A stretch of DNA of 33,691 nucleotides from Octopus sinensis. Taxonomy: Eukaryota. Under the pieces are notes generated by a model that had not been told where the DNA came from, did not search any database, and saw only the letters and a list, made by a program, of their open reading frames with translations. Made by a program: the position numbers and the translations under genes. The DNA lies in NCBI RefSeq assembly GCF_006345805.1, contig NW_021832053.1, positions 1 through 33,691 of the forward strand, in the 5' to 3' direction. This document shows, one piece after another, positions 23,507-33,691 of the stretch (position 1 is the stretch's first letter; every line of letters starts with the position of its first letter).

Positions 23507-23752
23507 ACTCTTCAATTATAAATAATTGCGCCTCAATTATTAATAATTGTGTATTAAATTTGGAGGCACTAGAAGACATCACCTCAATTCATGGTATCAG
23601 AGCGAGCGTAAGCCATTACCAGTACCACCAAATTCAAAGGGTGAATGAAAGTATGTCACCATCCTCCTCCCACCAGCGTGCTGCCAGAATAAGATGTTAC
23701 GGTTATTTGCTGGGATGAAATATAATTATCAATAATAATAATAATATTATTG

Positions 23753-23783
<31 letters not shown>

Positions 23784-23784
23784 C

Positions 23785-24045
23785 GTCACTGACCAGGCAA
23801 TCATACGTTGCTACACATCGCTGGTCACAATGCGCTTCGCACTGTTTTAGCCTTCAAACCACGCCACCCCGCTGGCTAAGCAAGCAGGCCAACAGAAGAA
23901 AGAATGAGAGAAAGTTGTGGTGAAAGAGTACAGCAGAGATCGCCACCACCCCCTGCCGGAGCCTCGTGGAGCTTATGTTTTCGCTCAATAAATACTCACA
24001 ACGCCCGGTCTGGGAATCGAAACCGCGAGTCCGCTACCCTAACCA
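23785..24045 (-). mobile_element. tRNA-derived SINE
   Basis: The minus-strand head GGTTAGGGTAGCGGACTCGCGGTTTCGATTCCCAGACC has a B box, and the body ends in GTGACCAGCGATGTGTAGCAAC. Confidence 0.75.
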
Positions 24046-24427
24046 TATATATATACATATATATATATATATTATACACACACTTACACACACGTGTGTG
24101 TGTGTGTAAGTGTGTATAAGCACTTTTTAATAGTAAAAAAGGATTCCAATGTATCGTAAAGTGTCAAGTCATACGAGAATTTGTAAACTTCAAATTTTTT
24201 TCTCTTTCAATGTAAAACTAACAGCATGAGTCTTCTAATTACCAAAATTTAACCACCAGCCATAAATTATAAGTCAAATAGACTTAAATTCCTTCCAAAT
24301 ACAGTGAAAATATTTTCATGTAGGATTTCTCTTACACTGAACTCCAGACTCGATGTGGATGCTTATTTTTTATAACCATGTTATATATTTTTTTATACCC
24401 TTTACATATATATATATATATATATAG

Positions 24428-24459
<32 letters not shown>

Positions 24460-25449
24460 GCTATGTGTGCTTTAATTTTGTTTTAGGCACGCATTTATTA
24501 TTCACAGATAAATGCAGAATCTGTGTGCCACACTGTTTGCTTAAAAGAAGTAGGTGCCGCCAATAAAGGAGCTTCTACGTGATTCCTCAGCCTGGTAGAT
24601 ATAGCAGCCGAATGCCTCTCAAATGATTTTCTATTATCATAAAAAAGAGGAATCATAGACCGCGTGGTCAGAATTGAAATGCTTTTCGTCATTGCTCTAC
24701 TTAAACAGGACCTACATGGGCTAGAAAATAAATCAACATAAAATGTATTGAATTTGGATTTTGGCTCATTGACGACTCAGAAACACTTGTAAAAGATTTC
24801 AATAGAAGTTCTCTAACTGAGAGACTCTATATCAAATCCTCTTGATTATTTAGCCCGTTGATATTCTCAGAATTAATTATTTCCTATTTAGAAGAATTCG
24901 CTACTACCGCATGGAAATAATTTCAAACTTTATCCTCTTGAATTTTATTTACTCATCATGAGTTTTAATACGGTTTCTGATTTAGGCAAAGGGCAATTTT
25001 TGGTTGAGTAAATCGATTACATTGATCCTAATATTTAGCTGATAGTTTACCTGATTTGAAAAGGGTGAACATAATAACCTCTACGAGATTGGAACTTAAA
25101 GAACTGAAACAAACGCTACAAAATATTTCGAGGCCTTGATACCGACATTATGGAAGAGTTACTATATATCTGTATTTGTGTGAAAAGGTTAGTTGTTTAG
25201 ACCCAAGTCATCCCTAATCGGGCAGACATTTCAACAAAGTTGTCCGCTCGTAACAATTCAGTTTTTGTTCAATATAGTGTATCTATTGTCCACTTTCAGA
25301 GTATAATAATAGGGTTATTTGAGAGACTTGTCTCATTTTTCTTAGAGAGGAAGCAACCACATATCGGTTCCTTCGTTGGTTCGTGACTCCTGCGATTATT
25401 TGCATCTACATTATTTACATTCGACGGATATTTGTCTCATCTTGCTTGT

Positions 25450-25515
25450 TGGCGTAGTGGTTAAGAGGCAAGCTACTAACCCCAAGATTCCGAGTTCGAT
25501 TCCAACCAGTGACCT
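25450..25515 (+). promoter_or_regulatory. tRNA-like Pol III internal promoter (A and B boxes)
   Basis: A box TGGCGTAGTGG (25450-25460) and B box GAGTTCGATTCC (25492-25503). The acceptor and anticodon stems do not pair, so this is a SINE-type head and not a tRNA gene. Confidence 0.7.
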
Positions 25516-25591
25516 GAACAATAATAATAATAATAATAATAACATCGAAAAATACCTTATGAATGAGAACTCAGGTTCGAAATTTCCCCAA

Positions 25592-25637
25592 GGCACCTGA
25601 AGAAGGTTGGAGGGTATATCAGCCGAAACGTTGTGTT
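25592..25637 (+). ncRNA. Minimal type I hammerhead ribozyme motif
   Basis: GGCAC-CUGAAGA-A-GGUUG(10-nt loop)CAGCC-GAAAC-GUU^-GUGUU. Both conserved core blocks are intact and stem II is 5 bp. Stem III can form only between two molecules, through the palindrome AACGUU. Confidence 0.6.
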
Positions 25638-26564
25638 AACAACAAACAAGATGAGGACAAATATCAGTCGAATGTAAATAATGTACATAATTCCTCATCT
25701 CTTAAATATAGAACTGTATTTGCATCTATTTCTGATGTCCTCACTGTTTTATTTATACAGTATTATTGTTGTTGTCACTGTTGTACAGCTGCTGCTTTTC
25801 TCTTTAAAACGAGTAGCAATTAGCAAATCTAAGGTTAAAAATTTAACGGTCGACAGTTCTCAATATTTTGCCTGTTCCAAACAAAACTGTCTTTTGGAAT
25901 TGTTCCAAACTTGTTTCCATTTCTAGCTCTCTCAACTCTTTGATATTTTTACTAAGCATTCCTTGTTTTAACAATCATCACTGGAATAGTTTATTTTTCT
26001 ATATTTTTTATTTTATTTCTATTTATTTACTTTTTTTGCAATAATCAAATTATTCTTATCTTGACCTTTGGTGTTATTTGTATTCTTCTTATTTCTATTT
26101 CAACTCCGTTGTATTGAAGTCAGTTATATCTATGATTATTCATTTTGAGTAGCCTCTCAATCTGCAAGAATCAACAGCCAAATAATCCTCAAATTACACC
26201 TTATCGTTTTGGAAAATTACATCGAATCCTCTATTCGTTTCAGTCATTGAACTCCGGTGGGTATGCTGGGGTACTATTTTGAAGGGTTTAATCGAACAAA
26301 TCAACCCCAGCACTTACTTTTTAAGCCCTGTACTTATTCTGTCGGACTCTTTCGCCGAACGAGTGACTTGCGTGAACGTAATCGTCCGGTAGCGGCATAA
26401 CAGCCGAATATCATATGAGCGCTTTTATGCACCATGCGTCTATATAAGACGTCCTCTCAAGGTAAATAACGTGGCATCCGGTATTCTAACAACTGGATAT
26501 GAAGATTGTCTTTTGGTATTAATACTGTTTCTATCGCATTTTATTAAATGTGTGTGTGTGCGTA

Positions 26565-26597
<33 letters not shown>

Positions 26598-26649
26598 TAT
26601 GTCTGTATATATATTTATACTATATTTTACTGGTATTTCAGTCTTTGAC

Positions 26650-27018
26650 TGCGGCCATGCTGGCTGAGCACTGCCTTTAATCGAGCAACTCGACCCCGGA
26701 CTTATTCTTTTGTAAGCCCAGTACTTATTCTATCGGTCTCTTTTGCTGAACCGCTAAGTAACGGGGACATAAACACACCAGCATCGGTTGTCAAGCAATG
26801 TGAGGGGGACAAACACAGACACACAAACACACACATGCATAGATACATATACATATATACGACGGGCTTCTTTTCAGTTTCCGTCTACCAAATCCACTCA
26901 CAAGGCTTTGGTCGGCCCGAGGCTATAGTAGAAGACACATGCCCAAGGTGCCACGCAGTGGGACTGAACCCGGAACCATGTGGTTGGTAAAGAAGCTACT
27001 TACCAAACATCCACTCCT

Positions 27019-27020
<2 letters not shown>
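26650..27020 (-). mobile_element. tRNA-derived SINE, family B, near full length
   Basis: The reverse complement has TGTTTGGTAAGTAGCTT...GGTTCCGGGTTCAGTCCCACTGCGTGGCACCTTGGGCATGTGTCTTCTACT, homologous to 9178-9470. Confidence 0.85.
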
Positions 27021-27056
<36 letters not shown>

Positions 27057-27361
27057 ATATCAGGGTAATAAAGATTTTAGAAATTTTTACTACCAGTGGC
27101 CTAGCGTATGGAGAAATTAGTCAATAGACTATATATTATTCATATAAAATACAGTGTATTTTGGACTTTAGCTGTTCTTTCTAGCGTAAGGGATTCAAAT
27201 GATGGAAATCTCAATGTGTTTAAATGTACACTGTATTTTACACACACACAAACACACGCACATATATATATATATATATATATATAAATTAATAAATAAA
27301 ACATATGCATATATACATACATATATGTACGTACCTACCTCTACATGTATATATACACGCA

Positions 27362-27520
27362 TATATGGGTACAGGACACCAAAAAAGCGTTGAACACAAA
27401 GAGAAACGAAAACATAAACACAAAACCAAGGAACTGGACATTTTTCTTAAACAACAAAAAAATAGAGTACAAGACAAATAACACAAGGTTTCATCTACTC
27501 TGCGTTTCGAAGGTGAAGGC
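27362..27520. repeat. Interspersed repeat ('ATATGGGTACAGGAC' family)
   Basis: It has the same start as the arms at 29933 and 30628, and ends in a half hammerhead motif (minus strand CCTTCGAAACGCAGAGTAG). Confidence 0.55.
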
Positions 27521-27872
27521 TATATATATATATATATATATAGTGATATATATATATATAGATATATAGAGAGAGAGAGAGAGAGTTATTAGCGTAGGGT
27601 AATACAGTTAGTTACTAAAATAAATAATTCTGGTTCGCCATTATGATGAGTTGAAATACAATTGCACAAGAATACAAACTTGTGTGACGCTTCTATTTAT
27701 CACACTCGTACAGATATGAAAATTAAGGCAGGCCGATTTAATTGTCTCCAACTTCGTATATACTGTAAATAGCTATATACTACTCTTCTCTCTATAAGAT
27801 AGAAAATATAACCGACCACTGATGAAATTGTAAAGGAAAAAAGAAAAGAAAAAAGTTAAATATTAAGTGCAG

Positions 27873-28020
27873 ACATGGCTGTGTGGTTAAGACGCTCGTT
27901 TTGTGACCACGTGGTCTCTGGTTCAATCCCACTTCCTGGAACCGTGCCTTTTACTATAGTTCTGGACCAGCAAATGCCTTGTGAGCGAATTTGGTAGACG
28001 AAAACTGGAAGGACCCTGTC
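27873..28020 (+). mobile_element. tRNA-derived SINE, family B-related
   Basis: ACATGGCTGTGTGGTTAAG head, GGTTCAATCCC B box and CCTTGTGAGCGAATTTGGTAGACGAAAACTG body. Confidence 0.75.
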
Positions 28021-28057
<37 letters not shown>

Positions 28058-28821
28058 ATATATACATCGTTTGAGAGTGTAGTTTGTGTTTATCTTTGTA
28101 ACCTTACTGGTGATGGTTTCTTTACATCCCTGTAACGTAGTGGTTTGACAAAAGATACCAGTAGAATATCTACCAGACTTTTAAAAAAATAAGTATTGGT
28201 ACCAATTTGTCCAATTGTGCTCCAGCATGGCAGCAGACCTATGAAAAACAAATAAAAGAGAAAAATATAAAACACAGAAAATAGGTCAATCTTTTCTCTG
28301 ATTACAGATTGAACAAATGCGATTTAGCCACATGTGATTCATCTAAATTTACAGCCGTTTGTTTCTATTTACCAACAGGACAGACCGGATCCATCAGAAG
28401 TATAATACCTTCTCTTGTTTTTAAAACGTAAATGTCTTGGATGACATTCTGGTTTTTAAATATTAGGGTGGGATTTAAGTAACATTGAGATGGGTTTTTT
28501 TCTATAAAGCCTAGTGAGCGCCTTGAAGGTTCTTCATTGACAAAGAAAACTTAAATGGTTGCCACATATTAATCGTAATTCGTTCTGGGAATTCCTAAAG
28601 GTGTTTCAGCTACAGATAAAATATGTTCTGAAATGATTCGTTTGTTGTTACCGCAAGCGAATCCCAAAAGCAGCAGAAGCAATAAGATGTATATAAAGGA
28701 ATTATGAGAATGAGGAAACAAAATATATCTCAGTCTGAGACCTAATCGAATAAAAAAAACGTATGAACTCCTTTAGATTCTACGGGGAGCAAGCATCAAA
28801 ATCAAATGTTAAAGCAAAGTA

Positions 28822-29400
28822 TTGGGTTATTCCATAAATAATGCGGTTTTTTTATACTTCTCTAATTTTTTTTAAATTAAGATAAACAAAGTTCTTTTTG
28901 AATCTAAAATATACTCTCCTTCATTTTCTACAATGCTCTTCCATCTATCTGATAGACGTGCAAGGCCCCTCTTTCAAAATTGATTTGTCTGACGAAAAAT
29001 ACTCCTTCAGTACTGTTCTGAACTCGTCTACAGAATTCGTATTTTTTCCGTCACAAATAATTTTGAAGACTGCAGAATAAATGATAGTCAGATGGGGTAA
29101 TGTCCGGCGAATATGGTGGGTGGGGCATCGTTTCCCATTCAAACTGTTCCAGCCTTTAAAATTTCATCGTCGCTGCATGTGGCTGAGCATTATCCTGATG
29201 GAAGAACGCCTTTCGTCTTGAAACCAAGGATGGCACGCAGGTGTCGATGAATGGTTGAATGACCAAATCCAAGCTTCTCTGCTTGTTCTTCAACAGTTAC
29301 GATGGGATTTTGTTCCACCAGGACAAATTCGTGGCAGTTTCTGTGGAGGATAATAATCCGCTAGAGGAAAACGCTGAGCAGATATGAGCGTTTTTACACC
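28822..29400 (-). mobile_element. Internally deleted, decayed mariner (DD34D) transposon
   Basis: Minus strand reads EQNPIVTVEEQAEKLGFGHSTIHRHLRAI (HTH), fused directly to FHQDNAQPHA...EWETMPHPPYSPDITPSDYHLFCSLQNYL (mariner D..YSPDLAPSD motifs). The 3' TIR is TA|TTGGGTTATTCCATAAATAATGCGGTTTT at 28820-28850. No 5' TIR was seen. Confidence 0.85.
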
Positions 29401-29932
29401 TTTTATTATAAGCAAGATTTTTTTTCTCTATCCACGATAACTGCAATGAATTTATTTTTAGAAGTTAAAATATGTCACAAACGTATTTTAACTAACCTAT
29501 AGTTCGTTTATTCCTCATCGGTAGGTAACGCTAATACTACTTTATGTGTGTGAGTATGTGGTATACCAGAATTTAAAACTTGATCGAGACGAAAATCAAT
29601 TATTGCTAAGAATTTATACGAAATTTGATTTTTATGAAGGCACCCCAGCAATGACGACCATCATAATATTCTGTTCCACGCGTTTATATGTAATTTAAGA
29701 AGAGGTATATTTTGATGCATCCATACCCAACTTTTTTCTTCATGTCAGGGTGGGTATTAGAAATTTCCTGACCCAGTATGAAAATTAGCCCACCCTCGAC
29801 TGAGCTAACATAAAGACTAGTTTTTCTGTCACACAGTGCCTAAAGTCTAATACTCGACAATATATCTGTGAGAAATTGGGACACAGCAAATCAAATAGTC
29901 ATCATTTTATATATGTATATATATATATATAC

Positions 29933-30628
29933 GCATATATGGGTACAGGACGTCACCAACGGTGCAAATAACATACATATAAGAGATATATGCAAGACGT
30001 GGACAGTAATTACAGGACAAGTTAACAGAGAAAAAGGACCCTTCAATATATTCGACCATTCAACCGATAATGAGTCTTCAAAAACAGTAGCTCCCATAAA
30101 TTCTAAAATAAAATTTAGGATTTATGGAGGGTCAAATTTGGATACAAAAAATGGGACCATCTCTTTTCCTGCTCGGACGTCTAAACGACTTGACGCTTAT
30201 CTCTCTCTCTCTCTTTCTCTCTCTCTTTGTCTTTTCAAAAAATGTCTCTCCCGGCGTTCACTATTCTCCTTTCGTTCCGGTCTAACGACCGTCTGTGTCT
30301 GTTTTCGTTCGGTTTCCTTGTATGTCTCCACTGTTATTTTTTGTTCCCAAATTTGACCCTCCATAAATCCTAAATTTTATTTTAGAATTTATGGGAGCTA
30401 CTGACTTTGAAGACTCGTATTGTCGTTAAATGGTCGAAATGAGGAGTAGATAGGCAGCCGACAACTGATGAAGGGTTATTTTTCTGTGTTTACTTGTCCT
30501 GTTTTCCATTTCTTCTCGTTGATTTGTATTTCACTCATCTTTGTCCTGAAATTACTGTCCACATCATGTGTCTATTTCCCGTGTGTATGTTATTTGCACC
30601 GTTGGTGACGTCCTGTACCCATGTATGC
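29933..30628. repeat. Large inverted repeat (two oppositely oriented copies of one element)
   Basis: Arms are 29933-30152 and 30336-30628. 30085-30141 and 30347-30403 are a perfect 57-bp inverted match. Confidence 0.9.
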
Positions 30629-30639
30629 ACGTATGTATG

Positions 30640-30725
<86 letters not shown>

Positions 30726-30802
30726 ATTTTTATTTAATTGAACGCGACGCATCCAATCCAATTAAGTATATATATATATATATATATATATATGAATATA
30801 TA

Positions 30803-31366
30803 CAGGATCTTTTCGGTTTGAACGGCAGTTCGTAACTAATTTCTAGGTAACTAAAAATTTTAAACTTCGTATACTGGTAGAATGTGTTTATAAAACATCA
30901 TTTTCTCTTGGTTTTATTGAGAAAATTCTATAGTTTGTAATATATTTCGTCTAAAATTTCTTGCTTTTCGGCAATTTTAACCAATCGCTGACCGTCCAAT
31001 GAGGTGAAAGCATTCTGTGCCGTATCAATATGTCCCTCGTTTAACAAACAGATTGGGTTTATTTACATTTGTGAAGAAAAAAAATACCCTTCCCCCACGC
31101 CTAACCTTAACCCTAACTAACCCTAACTCTAAACCTAAATCTAAAATAGATTAAAATGCAATAGATCGATACTAGGGCGATAATTATGGATGACAATTTC
31201 ATACGACACCGCTAGAAAAAAATCTCATTTTCCCTATAGAATTTTCTCAATAAAGCCAAGAGAAAATGATGTTTTATAAACACATTCTACCAGTATACGA
31301 AGTTTAAAATTTTTTAGTTACCTAGAAATTATGTTACAAACTGTCGTTCAAACCGAAAAGATCCTA
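30803..31366. mobile_element. MITE with ~130-bp TIRs and TA target duplication
   Basis: TA|CAGGATCTTTTCGGTTTGAAC...AATTCTATAG (30803-30933) mirrors CTATAGAATT...GTTCAAACCGAAAAGATCCTA|TA (31234-31366). There is no ORF, and a degenerate (TAACCC)n tract lies inside. Confidence 0.9.
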
Positions 31367-31372
31367 TATATG

Positions 31373-31420
<48 letters not shown>

Positions 31421-31423
<3 letters not shown>

Positions 31424-31710
31424 GCGCGTGGCTTGGTGGTGAGGGCGTTCGGCTCACGATCGTAAGATCGTGAGTTCAATTCCCGCCAACGCGTTATGTC
31501 CCTGAGCAAGATACTTTATTTCACCTTTCTCCAGTCTACTCAGCTGGCAAAAATGAATAGTACCTGTATTTCAAAGGGCCAACCTTGTTACATTCTGTGT
31601 CTCGATAAATCTCCCTGAGAACTACATTAATGATACACGTGTCTGTGGAATGCTCATTTGCACGTTAATTTCAGCTGGGACCCTCGTCGTCGTAACCGAC
31701 GGAGTGCTCC
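31421..31710 (+). mobile_element. tRNA-derived SINE, family C, near full length
   Basis: GGCGCGTGGCTTGGTGGTGAGGGCGTTCGGCTCACGATCGTAAGATCGTGAGTTCAATTCCC is a tRNA-like head, followed by the GTCCCTGAGCAAGATACTTTATTTCAC...CCAGTCTACTCAGCTG domain. Confidence 0.8.
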
Positions 31711-31784
31711 TTTATATATGTAATAAATATCCATAGCAGCCTACAGAGGGGCATAATCTATCCTAGAGGGACAGTCGATTAGCT

Positions 31785-31893
31785 AGACGCAACTGGTAAT
31801 TAATTTATCAACCCCTAATGGATGAAAAGCAAAGTCGACCTTGGCGGAATTTCAATCCAGAACGTGCTAACGTTTCTGCCAGTTCGCCGCCTT
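31785..31893 (-). mobile_element. Family A SINE (partial)
   Basis: GATGAAAAGCAAAGTCGACCTTGGCGGAATTT...GCTAACGTTTCTGCCAGTTCGCCGCC. Confidence 0.8.
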
Positions 31894-33569
31894 ACAGAGA
31901 GAGATAATAAACAGTAAGAGTAAACTTTGATTTTTTATTTCCCACAGAAGGGGACAATACAAGACATGTGGGGACACGAAACGAAGAAAAAATACCAAAA
32001 ATGAAAGAAACGTATGTAAACAAGATGAAATGAAAAATTAAATGAAAGATGTAATGAAGCTTCTCGGCCCCACCTCCGAGCAGCTTCATTTATTCCTTTT
32101 TAACACTTTTTAAACTTTGTACTAGCCAAAATATCCACCTTGTATTTCTGTAACAGCTCCAAGTATGTTACATACCATGGTAGCTGGTCAATATCCACAT
32201 CCAGCTTCCAGTATTTCTATCCTTTTATATATTTCGTTATTATTATTCTTTGCTCTTCAGTTAATATAACGCAGTTATGCTTTCCTTCAATATTGTCATG
32301 CTTTTTTGTGTCTACTCCTATAAATTCTCGCCATGATGATATCTTCTTGTATGATGGCTCCTTGTTCGAACCATGATACATGATTGCGTAACAGTTTTTT
32401 TCTTTTGCCGGGGGAGGGGAGGTTTGAAGGTTTTTGACTGAATGTGCTCTTTTTGTGTCAGAGGGTGAAGAGGATGTGGGTGGGGGTTTGTGTCCATTTG
32501 ACAGGTTTTTCTTTTTCTTCTTTTTTCTTTTTCCCGTCGTCTCCCATTTATTATCTGTTTCATTTTCTTTTTCCTCTGTTGTTGGTGATACTACCTCTTC
32601 CTCTCTCATTGGTTCTTAATAAGAGTAAACTTCCGATACATGATATGAAGGAATTGCGTGAGATTTTACAGTTTCGTTACACAGCGAGTCTATTTCGTTG
32701 AGTGCAGAGGCAAAGGTCCAAAACAGCAGCAGTCTTTCAGATTAAATATATGGTTTCGAGTTTATTTTTGAACATCAAAGTCCTGAGTTCAAACCACAAG
32801 CATCAGACTTGGCCTTGTTTTCTTAACTTTGGATTTAGTTGAAATAAGTATCTTCTGTAAATCCAAATTTTATCCGCATCGATGGTTTTGAGACCATATT
32901 ACAAAAACAATAAATACTTAAGTGAAGCTGTCTATGAGCGTTTATGAATGGCCAACTTGTACCTTCCACGCTGCAATCGTTTCAACTAAGCAGTTTACGT
33001 TTTGAATGTATAACTTTGTATCAATGAAATCATAATTTGAATTCATCTTTCAAGTTTCTGAGTTGCTAATGTTGTTGTTATTTAGTCCCAGTTTAACCAC
33101 CATCATACAGACCTATGCTCAGATGCCCCAATAGTGCACACATCCCGTCTTTTATTCAAACATAGTGTCATCGAATGGCAGACATATTATCTAATGTCTC
33201 TCTCATATCGTCGAACGGCCGATGTAAATCCCTCCGTTGGCTCGACTTGTGATTGAATTCTAATCCCCAGTATTCGACTTTGCTTTAAAACCTTTACGGA
33301 GTGCGCTAAGATTGAGGTTACTTGTATAAATTCCAGTAATATACTGGAGTAGAGTTAATTTATTTTTTATACTTGCTCTTTTCCTAATATTTATCTTACA
33401 GTTAGTTAAAAGTAATCTGCAAATGAATTCTTCTTCTGTGGGCCCCTGGTCGAAATAGAACATGCATCAAAATGTTTATCCTTTCCTCTCACCAGTTTCC
33501 ATGAACTAAGTACCTATTTCTTTACTACCCACACGGGGCTAAACACAGAGAGGACAAACAAAAACAGAC

Positions 33570-33691
33570 AAACAGATTAAATCGATTATATCGACCCCAG
33601 TGCGTAACTGGTACTTATTTAATCGACTCCGAAATGATGAAAGGCAAAGTCGACCTCGGCGGAACTTGAACTCAGAACGTACGGCAGACGA
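33570..33691 (-). mobile_element. Family A SINE (cut by the window end)
   Basis: TCGACCCCAGTGCGTAACTGGTACTTATTT...GATGAAAGGCAAAGTCGACCTCGGCGGAACTTGAACTCAGAACGT. Confidence 0.85.

Noticed and set aside
25450-25515. Possible tRNA gene (similar heads at 23990-24045 and 31421-31490)
   Set aside because: A and B boxes are present, but the cloverleaf stems do not pair and SINE bodies follow.
28300-28720. Non-repetitive island far upstream (also 24480-24750), possibly a distal enhancer or exon
   Set aside because: There is no ORF, splice pattern or motif clustering I can defend. Part of 24590-24660 matches a dispersed repeat (AATAGCAGCC..ATC..CCTCAAAT, also near 11680 and 26170).
29213-29250. CTGATGG-AAGA...TCTT-GAAAC hammerhead-like string
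   Set aside because: A9 is substituted, there is no stem I or III, and it is the antisense of the mariner HQDNA coding region, so it is coincidental.
30397-30475. TTGAAGA...GTCGAAAT and CTGATGAAGGG as hammerhead cores in the inverted-repeat arm
   Set aside because: The first has a broken stem II and no NUH triplet, and the second has no downstream GAAAC. They are kept only as remnants.
33260-33463. 67-aa minus-strand ORF
   Set aside because: It is short, has no recognisable motif, and its length is compatible with chance.

Overview
Very AT-rich, microsatellite-saturated animal genomic DNA. The SINE families, repeat density and gene content point to a coleoid cephalopod, most likely Octopus; this is an inference from recognition, not from a search. 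Only one host gene is supportable: the first coding exon of an Mnx/HB9 (extra-extra) homeobox gene on the minus strand (3063->2389). It has an eh1 motif, an Asn/Ser tract, the Mnx-type PKPG and 'DWL..GM.MP' blocks and a phase-1 GT donor. The assembly has a 1-nt deletion at about 2859 inside the (AAC)n tract, and the homeobox exons must lie left of the window. The remaining ~30 kb is gene-free upstream DNA. It holds candidate cis-regulatory clusters, many tRNA-derived SINEs, two decayed Penelope-like retroelements, Tc1, pogo/Tc2 and mariner relics, a LINE 3' end, two MITE-like elements and long simple repeats. The most interesting signal is a set of hammerhead-ribozyme motifs from different repeat families. 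One has a fully intact core (23416-23506, minus strand). One sits downstream of a tRNA-type Pol III promoter inside an inverted-repeat-bounded unit (25407-25685). One is a core-mutated copy (20145-20181). Most ORFs in the supplied track are microsatellite artefacts.
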